Positions 36,413 to 47,580 of a stretch of DNA of 64,000 nt are shown one piece after another; within the stretch, counting starts at the first letter, position 1, and the number at the start of each line of letters is the position of its first letter. The notes under the pieces are model-generated. The model was given only the letters and a program-made list of their open reading frames with translations, was not told the origin of the DNA and searched no databases. The DNA is from Macrostomum hystrix (Eukaryota; Animalia; Platyhelminthes). Position numbers and translations under genes: made by a program. The stretch lies in NCBI GenBank assembly GCA_950097015.1, contig CATNEN010000002.1:744001-808000 (forward strand). Reading direction: 5' to 3'.

Positions 36413-36721
36413 TTATTTGCTAGAAGGCAGGGGGGTCTCCCACGGGTGCATCTCGATCTGGCCGTTCTCGGTCTCCACCAGACTCATCGGGTTGGTGTTG
36501 GGCAGCATGTCGATGTGACCGTTGGTCTGCAGCAGCTTCTCCAGGATGTCGACCTCGATGTCCCAGTCTTCTTCCATCTCGTTCAGGTTGTAGTGCACCT
36601 TCTCGCCTTCCACAATGGACTCCACATAGTCGCCAGGTTGAACACCTTCGCGACTGTTGGCAGCGGCGGCGCCTGCGGAAGCCACGAGCAGAGCCAGGAG
36701 GAGCAGACAGAATTTCGGCAT
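36413..36721 (-). CDS. Small secreted acidic protein of unknown family (102 aa)
   Basis: Signal peptide MPKFCLLLLALLVASAGA; GC3-rich codons; acceptor ctccag 4 nt before ATG and donor aag|gtaaga at 36949 (5'UTR intron). Confidence 0.7.
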   Translation of the reverse strand: MPKFCLLLLALLVASAGAAAANSREGVQPGDYVESIVEGEKVHYNLNEMEEDWDIEVDILEKLLQTNGHIDMLPNTNPMSLVETENGQIEMHPWETPLPSSK

Positions 36722-37890
36722 GTCGCTGGAGTTGATTTGAGAAGTCTTCTACGAGACTTTTGACTAGAATCGAAAATAAAAGCTTTAATGTCAGACAGTG
36801 TCCTAAAGTTGTCAGCCAGAGCTTTACAATGTTGGATGAGGCTGAGACTTGCTAGACTGGGTTCTAACGTGTTGACAGGGTTTTGAATTGTTAGCGATTA
36901 ATGCGATCTTTTAAGCAAGTCTTAAATTTCATAGGAAATCCTGTCTTACCTTGGCTTGAATTCGTAAAAAAATGGCAAACGGAAGAGCCGACAAAGGAGA
37001 TAATCTTTCCAATCGAAAAGTCCCAAATCTGGTAGTTATAGCCCTCTGTCACTTGGGCCTTATCAGTGCGCAACAAGTTGCTGATTATTGTTCGATAATT
37101 AGCATACAATGGTTCGATTTCGGATTTCAACTCACCCTGGCGGGCCTCGTGAGAAACTGGCAGCAAAACCAATCGCGCACATTAAAAAGCATTTACTATT
37201 GAATGGCTATTATAGCCCTCCTAAATTGGTTATAAATTATGGTAAGGCCGACTGGAGAAACAATCTGGCGAGAACCGTCTCATCTGGCACAATGGCCAGT
37301 TTTGTGTCTCTTTACTTTTTTCCGCTGACGATTGCCAAGCAAGAGAAAAAAGGTCTGATAAGGTTGTCAGCATCAGCATATAAGCTAGTACACCGTTCGT
37401 TGAGTTCACAACAGAATTGAGAAGTGAGAATTCATTTCTGGTTTACTAGCATAGCCCTATTGTTAACGCAGCTGAACAAAAGTAAGTTTGCCGTTTGTAA
37501 TTACACTTCTCTATTGCTTCCACTTCAGGACCTTCTCAACGTGTTCTAACACGTGAACACTTGTTTCTACAACACGATCCCTCACCATGACCACTTGTTT
37601 CTACACCGTTATCCTGCATAGTGACTACAGGCTTCTACCCAATGATCATTCACAATTACCACTTGTTCCTTCCCAATAATCCTACAAATGACGATTTGTA
37701 CCTTCATTCTGATCGTTCACAATGACCACTAGTTCCTTCCCAATAATCCTACAAATGACGATTTGTACCTTCATTCTGATCGTTCACAATGACCTCTAGT
37801 TCCTACCGCATAATCCTTACCTCTTTTTTACCTCTTGCTCGCTCATGTCTCCATGATCCCATCGCCCCCCATCCCGCCATCCGCAGCGTC

Positions 37891-38292
37891 ATGCTGAAGC
37901 TCGTGTGCGCCCTGGCGCTCCTGTCGCTGACCTCGGTCAGCCTGAGCGCCCGCCTGCCCGACACTGCCGTCGCCAACGATCGAGTGTTCACCGAAGACGA
38001 GAACGAGTCTCTGAACCGCTACATCAAGGCCCTGCTGGAGAACCTGAAGGAGGAGATGCCGAAGGGCATCCCGGAGCTCGGCATTCCGCCGCTGGAGCCG
38101 CTGCACATGCCGGAGATCAGGACCGAAATCAAGGAGGGCGTCGCCCACATCCGTCTGCACATGCTGGACCTCATCATCGAGGGCCTGTCCAGCTTTGTTG
38201 TTCGCGAGGTCAAGGGCGACCTGAACACTCTGAGCTTCTCCCTGGACCTGTTCCTGCCGGAAATCACCGGACAGAGCTTCTACGATCTGGAC
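37891..38292 (+). CDS. Exon 1 of a secreted JHBP/takeout plus Der p 7-like (TULIP superfamily) lipid-binding protein
   Basis: Signal peptide MLKLVCALALLSLTSVSLS; GIPELGIPPLEPL motif; phase-0 donor gac|gtgagt at 38293. Confidence 0.8.
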
Positions 38293-38401
38293 GTGAGTCG
38301 CATCGACTGTTTTATGTTTTATATGTTGAAAAATGTTTTTCAATCCATGCAATAATATGTTATCTAGATTATCTACTCGCATTATTTTACCTTCCACGCA
38401 G

Positions 38402-39388
38402 GGCAAGGTGCTGATTTTCCCACTGTACGGTCGTGGCATGGCCGGCCTGAAGGTCAACGATCTGCACTTCAAGGGCTCCGCCCGCATCACCATCAAGAAC
38501 ATGGAGATGCTGCAGCTCGACCACTTCGATCTGCACATCGTGTTCTCCCAGATCCAAGTCTACCTGGAGAACATCGTCGGCGGTGGCAACCTGGGCAACA
38601 TTGTGAACACGTTGCTCAACATGCTCGGCAAGCTGCTGTACGACAAGTTCAAGGACCAGCTCCTGCCACCGCTGAACCGCATCATCAAGGACGCCCTGAA
38701 CGAGCAGCTGGCCAAGATCAAGCTTTCCGACCTCATCGGCGGCATCGGCGCTGCGCCCGTCAGCCGGTTCAGCGTGTCTCCAGTTCAGAACTCCGTCAAC
38801 ACCTACATTGACATGCTGATGGAGAATCTGCGTCCGTACCTTCGCGAAAACGGCATGGACCCAATGAGCCTTCCGGACATGTCCACCGGCTTCTCCAAGA
38901 AGATCTGGTTCGTCACCTGGCACGGCGGCGCCAGCATCAGCCAGGGCAGCCTTCGCAGCCTGTCCAGCATCCACCGAACTGGCAACTTCGGCCTCCAGCA
39001 GACCGGAAATCGACTCACCATCGACGGCGCTGTCGGTGTCAACGGTCTGTGGGGCAGCTTCCGCGCCAGCGCCTGGTTCATGGCCATCAGGATCTCGGCT
39101 GGCATCGAGCTGACGGTCCAGACTGTCCGGGTCCGCGCTCGCCTGCACGCCGACATTGACAACGACCTGAAGGCCGTCCTGGAGCAGTTCAACATCACCG
39201 AGGTGTCCAACATTGGCGTGAAGGTCAGTGGCCTCGGACCTCTGAACTGGATCCTGGGCCCCCTCGCCACCCTGGTCGTGAACGGAGTCCGCGGCAAGAT
39301 CATCCAGGCCATCGAGAACCCCATCAAGTCCAAGGTCAACGACCTGCTGAAGAACCTGAAGATGCCAAACTTCAGTCTGATTCATTGA
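38402..39388 (+). CDS. Exon 2 of the JHBP/Der p 7-like protein (spliced product about 462 aa)
   Basis: Acceptor ccacgcag at 38401; in-frame join YDLD|GKVLIFPLYGRG; second domain begins NSVNTYIDMLMENLRPYLRENGMDPMSLPD. Confidence 0.8.
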   Translation, partial: GKVLIFPLYGRGMAGLKVNDLHFKGSARITIKNMEMLQLDHFDLHIVFSQIQVYLENIVGGGNLGNIVNTLLNMLGKLLYDKFKDQLLPPLNRIIKDALNEQLAKIKLSDLIGGIGAAPVSRFSVSPVQNSVNTYIDMLMENLRPYLRENGMDPMSLPDMSTGFSKKIWFVTWHGGASISQGSLRSLSSIHRTGNFGLQQTGNRLTIDGAVGVNGLWGSFRASAWFMAIRISAGIELTVQTVRVRARLHADIDNDLKAVLEQFNITEVSNIGVKVSGLGPLNWILGPLATLVVNGVRGKIIQAIENPIKSKVNDLLKNLKMPNFSLIH

Positions 39389-40290
39389 CAAGCTGTCAAT
39401 CAATATGCAAGCTGGTTAGAATGTGAGAATCTGCGAGGGTTTAAAGTAGCATAAAAAATAGTCAAAATACACGGATAGATGACAGGAGTTTGTGAACAGT
39501 TCTTTAGTTATCATAATTTGTTATTTTTGGTTAGAACATTGTGAATATTTCGAATACCAAATTTTTTTTCTTTAATTTATATCTCTAAAAATATTCAACT
39601 AATCGCCATGAGAATCCAGTACACAGGCTATTTTGTCGCTATATTCGATGAAACAAGTTCTAGAATTTCAAAGCATCAGCTTCGTCGAGATTAAACGATT
39701 CTCGTCTCGACGAACTGTCAGTAAGTCGCAAGGACTTTTGTTTTTAAGATCCCAGTCACCAGGATCCTCTTCATCCACTGATTATGTCTGCTGACTGACG
39801 ACTGCAATTAGAGATGCAAATCGGGTGCTATTGTTGAAGGTCCCGACGATCGCTGCAGACGCTCCAGACGACGATTGTAACACACTAAAAGTGGGGAACG
39901 AACCTCACGCTGGCAGACCGAGACCGGTTTCTGGCTTGTTTGCCTTCGTCAGTCAGCCATAGCCATACGCAGTCCTCTCCCGCCACTCTTAGTGTGCACA
40001 GAAGTCTCTTTTAAGCTTGCCATTATTATGGCGATACTTTTTAGTGTTATGTGAGAGTTTTGCAGCCAAGTCTTTGCTTTTCTACTGTTGTCAGTAGTCT
40101 GAATTGTATCTCTCACAGCGATGAAGGGGACCCTGTTGCCTGGGAAGCTCAGAACAAAGGTTTGAGATGTTGTTCTTGTCACTAGCGTCTTAGACAAAAG
40201 TCGCTGCATTATCTCGACGAAAGTTCGTTTATCGTAAAGGGCGAAAAAATTATTCCATATGGTCGACTTTCACGAAAATCGGTTGTACTA

Positions 40291-41456
40291 TTGGTTTTGT
40301 CAGCCTAGCTGAGAATAGCCACCCAAAATGAGAATCCTGCCTACGCTGACTGCGAAGGCCCTGGCTGCGTGCAGCCTTAGTCTATGGGCCATAGACTATA
40401 AAGGATAAGCAAAGTGATAAAAAGGCATCCAATGTGAGAATCGATGGCTTTTTCTTTTTCCCCCAGCTCTCTCCACTCCTCCAAGCGCAACTCCTCCATC
40501 ACTGCTTCTCCATCACCCACAGTCTCGTTGCTTTCTTGCCTATTTATCCAACACTTAGAATTAACAGAGTTCAGTCTTCACCACTGCAATAAAAATGCCC
40601 GCCTCATCTGTGGACCGCCAGCGACTCATCGCGGCCATTGAAAATGGAAGCTCACTAAGGGAAGCAGCAGCCGTCCTGCAACTGCCTGTCCCAACTGCCT
40701 ATAGAATTGCCCGTCAGCATCGCCTAGAAGGAAGAACTGAGGCGCTTCCTCGAGGTGGTCAACGACTTCTTAAAGTTGATGATGAAATGCGGCAATTTCT
40801 GAACCAGAAGCTGCAAGAGAACCCCTTCCTAACGTTAAAAGAGATGGCCAACTGCATGGCTGCACAGTTTCCGGAGAAGCCTCAAGTGGGGTACAAGACG
40901 GTCGATCGGATGCTCCAATGGATGCTATACACCCTGAAGCTCGGAACGAAGGGCAGTGACACCAGAGCGAGCTGCAATCTGCCTGAAAACATCGAGGCCC
41001 GGAGAGAATATACCAACTTCATGCTGCACCTTGACGCCTCCGTACACATCGTCTATTTGGACGAAACTGGATTCAACTTGTGGCTACGGCGATCGCAAGG
41101 CCGTGCTATCAGGGGTCGCCCTGTTAAGCGGACTGTGACGGCACAAAGAGACGACTCTTTGGGCAGTGCATTGAGGACGGCTATTTTAACTCTTTATTTT
41201 ACTGTACTGTATGATCCAGTGTGTTCCTGTTTCCGTTATTCCGTTCAAGCTATTGGCTAGTCATATGGCTCAGAAGGTATAAAAATAAAAGAATACGACT
41301 CATAGACCAATCGATTCTCACATTGGATGGCTTTTTATCACTTTATTGTCTATGGCCCATAGACTAAGGCTGCACGCAGCCAGGCCCTTCGCAGTCAGCG
41401 TCAGGCAGGATTCTCATTTTGGGTGGCTTTATTCTCAGTTAGGCTGACAAAACCAA
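40291..41456 (+). mobile_element. IS630/Tc1/mariner-superfamily DNA transposon, internally deleted, with ~150-bp TIRs
   Basis: Left ttggttttgtcagcctagctgagaat... to 40447 is the reverse complement of 41307-41456 apart from one short indel; TA at the left flank, TTA at the right. Confidence 0.9.
40595..41260 (+). pseudogene. Truncated IS630/Tc1-like transposase
   Basis: HTH region GSSLREAAAVLQLPVPTAYRI; ENPFLTLKEM; first catalytic Asp in VYLDETGFNLW; similarity ends after TVTAQR, so the second D and the E are missing. Confidence 0.85.
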
Positions 41457-42282
41457 TTACTCGCTAAAACTAATGCGCCGAATACACAGATAATCATTGG
41501 CTTTGTCACTTCTGACGCTTAATTCAGTTCCTGTTTCACAGATGCTGCTCATTTTACGGGTTATAAATCGATTTAGAACCACAGCGCATTGCAAGCTTTA
41601 TATGAGCTTATTTGGTGGATATTTCTAAAAACCTTAGATTTATCTAATTAATATTAGTAAAATAAATATTTAAAGCAGGTGCTATTTAAATTTCGTATTT
41701 TGTATTATACCGTTAAATTACTTTTTTACTATATTAAATATATTTAACATGAAATTAAAAAATGAGCTATTAACATCGACCGGGGCAATCAATTAAAATA
41801 CAATTTAGTTATTTAGAAAATTAAAACCTAAAAATGATGAAATGACCAGATAAAAAATAGGAAAGGATTTTTAAACTGCTTGCAATAAAACTGATTTTAA
41901 AGACGGCAAAATATGTTACAAAAATGGATGGTTTTATTGCTTTAAATGTCTGGTGGGCAATTATATACTCCATGATAGTCACACAATTTGTTTTATTACA
42001 AATTTTAAATTATAATAAAACGAAACATATAAAATTGAAATCTAAAACGATTGTAAACATCAAAAAATCTTTTATTATTACAGTTTCGACTGATGCCAGT
42101 GCAATAGTGTATTATATTACAAACGCGTGTAAACTACTTGGATATGAATAAATAAGTAGTACATGTGGGAATATTACTTGATTGAATGTCAATCATATAA
42201 TATGATAAATATGCAATATTAAACAGTGAGATACGGAATCAAATGTCAGTCTATTTACATTGCAACAACAATGAAGTTCACT

Positions 42283-42447
42283 TCAGTGCTTGAACATACA
42301 ACGGCTCCCGTAGCGACAAATGCGACTAGGGCCGTGAAATGACCGGCATTCCTTAGACTTATAGTTGCTGGGCCTCTGTCGATTGCGCAGGTCGTCAAAA
42401 CCGTGCGCGAACTTGCACTTCTTGCCGAATGGACAAACTGTGCCCAT
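42283..42447 (-). CDS. Exon 2 of a TIS11/ZFP36-type tandem CCCH zinc-finger protein
   Basis: Acceptor gctcacag; translates MGTVCPFGKKCKFAHGFDDLRNRQRPSNYKSKECRSFHGPSRICRYGSRCMFKH*; not in the ORF track (<60 aa). Confidence 0.85.
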   Translation of the reverse strand: MGTVCPFGKKCKFAHGFDDLRNRQRPSNYKSKECRSFHGPSRICRYGSRCMFKH

Positions 42448-42699
42448 CTGTGAGCAAAGAGTGTTTTTTCTGTGCTTATACTAGTGCGGCTACTAATAGT
42501 AGAGTAAGGGGTGGAAAGTAGACGGTGAGAAATAGACTGGAGGGAGAAGCAGGTGAGAAATATATTATATTCTATTATTACATGAAGTTGGATAACAAGT
42601 AGAGGATAGAATCAGATAGATTAGAAGTTGAGGGTGAGAATTAGACTGGGTGAGAAGTAAAGGGTGAGAATTAAAGTGATTAGAAGAAGATAGTGTAAA

Positions 42700-42900
42700 T
42701 AATATTAAGGGGTAAGAAGTAGAGGGTGAGAATTAGATTAAGGGGTGAGAAGTAGAGGGTGAGAATTAGATTAAGGGGTGAGAAGTAGAGGGTGAGAATT
42801 AGATTAAGGGGTGAGAAGTAGAGGGTGAGAATTAAATTAAGGGGTGAGAAGTAGAGGGTGAGAATTAGATTAAGGGGTGAGAAGTAGAGGGTGAGAACAT
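42700..42900. repeat. 33-bp minisatellite (aggggtgagaagtagagggtgagaattagatta) inside the CCCH-gene intron
   Basis: About 6 copies with degenerate flanks. Confidence 0.85.
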
Positions 42901-42983
42901 GAGTGGGTGGAAATTAGTGGGTGAGAATTATAGAGTAAAAGTTTTGTGATTGAGTTGTACTGGAAAATGGCATAAAAACTCAC

Positions 42984-43100
42984 CGCAAAGTGCCGGCAGA
43001 TCTCAGTCTTGAACAGGTCGCCATCGAAGACACCGGAGCGGCCTTCTAAGCTACCACTGCTGCAGCAGCTGCTCGCGCATGTCTGTGCGATAAGGCGCAT
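42984..43100 (-). CDS. Exon 1 of the tandem CCCH zinc-finger protein
   Basis: ...DLFKTEICRHFA followed by phase-0 donor gcg|gtgagt; the start codon is uncertain because an internal acceptor gcacag is also present. Confidence 0.75.
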
Positions 43101-43943
43101 GTAAATGAGATTTTTATTAGAATTGGAGACGATATGATAAAGATAACGTGTTTTTATCTATTTTTTCGAAGTAATTCGAAGTAAATTTTGAAAGCGTTAA
43201 TACTGATTGAAACTTACGTCACTTGAAGTCTCGGAGTTCATGCTGATTTGGTAGCGATTCTATTGTTCAGTGAAGAAGACTGTTTGATGCCTTAAACTGG
43301 AACTTTGTGTTCTATGAATGATTAATAAATCATAATTCATTTTTAGTTTTGATGCTGTCAGTTATATAGAGTGCTGCGACACCAGCCCGGAGGATGGAGT
43401 GGGTGGGTTGTCTGACGGCGCATTTTCGTTTCGGTCTATCTCTCATTGGCTGGTGTCGCTAGTTGAATTGGAATCAACTGGCCAATAGCGACTCGCCAAA
43501 AACGGCAAAGCTGCACGCGCGTTCCTCCTGCTCCTACCCCCCCTCCCGCAGGGGTCGATAACTCCGCCGCAGGAGGTCGCGGCCGCTGTCAAGAACCAGC
43601 GCGTGACAAGTTGGCCCCATCGCAACGGGGGACGGTATTAGAATATCGACTAGGACAAGACAGGAGTCAGGACCAGTCCGTGCAGGGTATTAGGAGTTCG
43701 TTAGGATCTCCCGCTGTTTAGAAATTTCGAATCGAAAAAAGTAATGGCGCAAGGAATTAACAATTTTTTCAGCTGCTTCTAGGACTAAACTATTTTAGGG
43801 AAGGAAGGAATTAACGCTTGGGACATTGTATTAGCGAATTTGATTTGAATGACACGTTAAATTTTTCATTCTAGGGAATAATTGACTTATTACTTTCTGC
43901 CATAGATTCTACCTATTCAGTCTATTGCTATAATCCCCCAGTA

Positions 43944-44123
43944 TTTGCAGGGCTGCTGACAGTGCACATCCCGCACAGGTGTGTACATCTGCGCTGACTT
44001 TCTCATCGTCAGGCAGTGTGCACTCTCACTGTGCCTTGGAGTTTGGTTCTCAATGTCCCCCATGCGCCACAAATAAATGTGGCCTCGCCACGGAATCGAG
44101 CTCAGGGACCTTGGTGGCAACTC
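43944..44123 (-). mobile_element. Internally deleted SINE copy
   Basis: Partial head, core aaggcacagtgagagtgcacactgcctgacgatgagaaagtcag, 3' end gcagccctgcaa. Confidence 0.75.
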
Positions 44124-44757
44124 ACGCCCCTTGTCCATAGTCATAAATTATTAATAGTCAGGACCTATACCAAGGAAATTGTCATTTTTTACATGCTTTC
44201 TGCAGAGCTCGAATTCTTTAACAAAGCTTATTTAAATTGCTTGCAAATCAAAATAAAAATGCGCTGCTTCAAGTTGTGTATAATATTTTGTTTAATATGA
44301 ACACCTTAGCAACTACACTGTAATGAAGCTTGACTTTGATTGTCTAGCTCAGTTTGTTTGCTTAGGAAGCAATGAAATGGATGAATCGATTTCAATAACA
44401 GAGAAAGCGAGTTAAATTTAAGTTGGCAACAAAATATTTGATATATACCAGTTAGTAACCATTTCAGATTTTGGATTTATAATCGATGATTGCGCAATTA
44501 GAGTACTGAAGGCGAGTGTTGAAGGCGAGTGTTGAACTGAATATAACAAAAGAACAGTAAATACACAAGTCTGGATCAGACCGCTAAGTCCAGCAGAATA
44601 ATAGAAATTGCAAAAACAAGTCGACAACAATTAATTGTAATAATTCTTGAAAAGTAAACACTCTGACCATTCGGAACCGTTCATGGAGAACTATTTTTAA
44701 TTAAAGAATGAAACACCGACTCCTGCACGCTTGAGTAATGTTTTTAAGTACGATTTT

Positions 44758-45026
44758 ACCATAGACTAAGTCCTTCCTGTATTGGTTTCGGTTTGCGGAC
44801 TATTTTTATTTGTTTTTTAATAAAATGCTTTTTTCTAACATTTCTTACAGTTCTGACTTTAAAAACATTTTTAATCCCCACTTTGGCCTCGGCCAGCTGC
44901 CTATCTCCTCAGTGTATTTTCATTTAATCCCCAGCTTGGCCCGGCCTATTGGCTATAAATCCTACGTATTTATGGCCTAGGCCAGTCATTTAACGGCCTA
45001 GGCCGATTAAACATATAGTCTATGGT
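44758..45026. mobile_element. Possible MITE
   Basis: 11-bp inverted ends ACCATAGACTA / TAGTCTATGGT; internal ggcctaggcc palindromes; no TSD. Confidence 0.35.
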
Positions 45027-45080
45027 CACAGTTGCTGTAAACAGTTTTAGTAGTGCAATCTCGTGAGCCGGGCCAAGCAT

Positions 45081-45311
45081 TAGGATAAATACCCCCCCCC
45101 CAAATCGTTGTCTATGGCCTAGGAACGGCTTCGGACTGCGCTTCTGGGCCTCGGCTTCGCCTCGGCCAAGAAACGTGTCCTCAGCATGGATGAATAATAT
45201 AACTTATTGTATTTATAGTTATATTATTCAGATGAAGACAGTTATATTATTCATCCATGGTCCTCAGCCGTTCCTAGGCCAAAGAAACGAAATCAGGGGG
45301 GTATTATTCTA
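45081..45311. mobile_element. Palindromic (foldback) MITE-like element
   Basis: Nested inverted repeats: aatacccc/ggggtatt, tggcctaggaacggct/agccgttcctaggcca, and a perfect 20-bp catggatgaataatataact/agttatattattcatccatg. Confidence 0.65.
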
Positions 45312-45479
45312 TACTTAACAGTTCGGCAATTTTTTTAAGTATATGTTTACAATAAACAAAATCTTTCCTGCATTCCTGACCACACGCTGTGGCCAATGGT
45401 CAAAAGACAATTTAGACAATAAAAAATAGTTTTAAAAGCAATACGGAAGAGGTGAAAATATTTTTATGAATGAGAGAAG

Positions 45480-45945
45480 GGAGGGGACTTGATGAGAGAG
45501 AAACATGGAGAGTCGGTAGGAGAGAAGGAAGAGAAGAGAAGGAAAAGAAGAAAAGGAAGACGAGAGAAGGAAGTAGAGAAGGAAGGGGAGAAGGAAGGGG
45601 AGAAGGAAGGGGAGAAGGAAGAGGAGAAGGAAGAGGAGAAGGAAGAGGAGAAGGAAGAGGAGAAGGAAGTAGAGAAGGAAGGGGAGAAGGAAGGGGAGAA
45701 GGAGGGGGAGAAGGAAGAGGAGAAGGAAGAGGAGAAGGAAGAGGAGAAGGAAGAGGAGAAGGAAGAGGAGAAGGAAGAGGAGAAGGAAGAGGAGAAGGAA
45801 GAGGAGAAGGAAGAGGAGAAGGAAGAGGAGAAGGAAGAGGAGAAGGAAGAGGAGAAGGAAGAGGAGAAGGAAGAGGAGAAGGAAGAGGAGAGAAGGAAAA
45901 GAAGAAAAGGAAGATGAGAGAAGGTAGGGGAGAAGGAATGGGAGA
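45480..45945. repeat. Purine tract with 12-bp unit ggagaaggaaga
   Basis: About 26 copies plus degenerate flanks. Confidence 0.9.
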
Positions 45946-45952
45946 AAGAAGG

Positions 45953-46336
45953 GGGTTCGGTGGCAGAGCGGTTACCGCGTTTGCCTCTCGCACCGTCCCT
46001 AAGTAAGTTCGATTCCACGACGAGGCCACATTTATTTGGGGCGCAGCCGCGGAGAGAAGGCTTGGTGGCTTGTCGTGCAATTTACGCCCTTGAGGGCCAA
46101 CCTCCAATGCACAGTGAAGTATACACTGCCTGACGAGAAAAATACGAGACGAGAAATGACGAGAAATGACCCTGAGAAAGTCAGGGGGGATGTACACACC
46201 TGTGTGAGCGTGTGCCTGCGTGTGTGCTCAGGAGTCAGCGAAATGGGCAGAATTGCCTCCTCGCTGGCTGCGGGTCTAGTGTCACTAAATGGTGTGCCAC
46301 TGCCCGCAGCCCTCCTGCAATTATTATTATTATTAT
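45953..46336 (+). mobile_element. Full-length tRNA-derived SINE with (TTA)n tail
   Basis: Head GGTTCGGTGGCAGAGCGG...AAGTTCGATTCC, core, two 3' hairpins, ends cctcctgcaa(tta)5. Confidence 0.85.
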
Positions 46337-46949
46337 GGGAGAAGGAAGAGGAGTGAAGGAAGGAGAGAAGGATTGAAGAGCTGAGTTGAGTCAAGGGTAG
46401 CGAAATGCAGTCTCATTCCTAATCCAAAAATCAGACCTCATCGCAGTGAATTGCGCAACAATAGTCGGCAGTTCGCGGAACAGAACACAGTTCATCAATA
46501 GCCCAAAAGAGCTGGGTGTATTAAAGAATGAAAAGTGGCATGGGTATCAGTTTCCTAGCATGAAACAGGCATTGTTTTAGTTTGCACAGATCAAGTTGAA
46601 TTTGTCCCAGATAAAATCCAGCACACATGCATTGTCCTGTGCCTTTTGGCTTGCAATTATATAAAAAACGGATTGCAATGACTCCTTCAGATTTTCGATA
46701 CATCCAATTGCCTGAATCAACAAAAGCATTAAAGCAGTTAGTCAGGAAATTCGGCAATTGGGGGTCAGATAAGTCTCGATGAAATCCGATATTAAGAATT
46801 CAGTTCTGTTCTGAAAAATAACTTTTGATACAAGAATATAGCCATGCCCATCGGAAAACATATCTATTAGGGCACCACCGCCCACGCACTGATAAAGCAA
46901 AACACAGTTCTATGTATGACAGTATTACATAGCATTATAGTATGACACA

Positions 46950-47580
46950 GGAGCTGAAAACAGAGGAATCGAAGCAGGAGCTGAAAACAAAGGAATCGAA
47001 GCAGGAGCTGAAAACAAAGGAATCGAAGCAGGAGCTGAAAACAAAGGAATCGAAGCAGGAGCTGTAAAAACAGGAATCGAAGCAGGAGCTGTAAAAACAG
47101 GAATCGAAGCAGGAGCTGTAAAAACAGGAATCGAAGCAGGAACTGAAAATAGAGGAATCGAAGCAGGAGCTGAAAACAAAGGAATCGAAGCAGGAGCTGA
47201 AAACAAAGGAATCGAAGCAGGAGCTGAAAACAAAGGAATCGAAGCAGGAGCTGAAAACAAAGGAATCGAAGCAGGAGCTGTAAAAACAGGAATCGAAGCA
47301 GGAGCTGTAAAAACAGGAATCAAAGCAGGAGCTGAAAAACAGAGGAATCGAAGCAGGAACTGAAAGCAGAGAAATCGAAGCAGGAACTGAAAGCAGAGAA
47401 ATCGAAGCAGGAACTGAAAGCAGAGGAATCGAAGCAGGAACTGAAAGCAAAGGAATCGAAGCAGGAGCTGAAAACAAAGGAATCGAAGCAGGAGCTGAAA
47501 GCAGAGGAATCGAAGCAGGAGCTGTAAAAACAGGAATCAAAGCAGGAGCTGAAAAACAGAGGAATCGAAGCAGGAGCTGT
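46950..47580. repeat. 27-bp minisatellite (gaatcgaagcaggagctgaaaacaaag)
   Basis: About 23 copies. Confidence 0.95.

Noticed and set aside
38387-39403. 338-aa minus-strand ORF (and antisense ORFs over the NHL genes)
   Set aside because: Antisense shadows of GC3-rich real CDSs; no motifs.
39780-40210. Short ORF (39949-40209) or micro-exon near the transposon
   Set aside because: No motif, and no consistent gene model.
46115-46150. Hammerhead ribozyme (CTGACGA...GAAA in the SINE core, also at 35 kb and 44 kb)
   Set aside because: No valid stem II closing pair next to GAAA and no stem III leading to a UH cleavage site in any copy.
46235-46312. HDV-like ribozyme in the SINE 3' end (GCCTCCTCGCTGGC equals the HDV P3-L3 sequence; GCGAAATGGG resembles J4/2-P2)
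   Set aside because: By hand I could not build the nested double pseudoknot: there is no upstream P1 partner for the strand after P3, and the J4/2-like part is on the wrong side. Two simple hairpins explain the sequence. A descriptor-based motif search or an in vitro cleavage assay would settle it.
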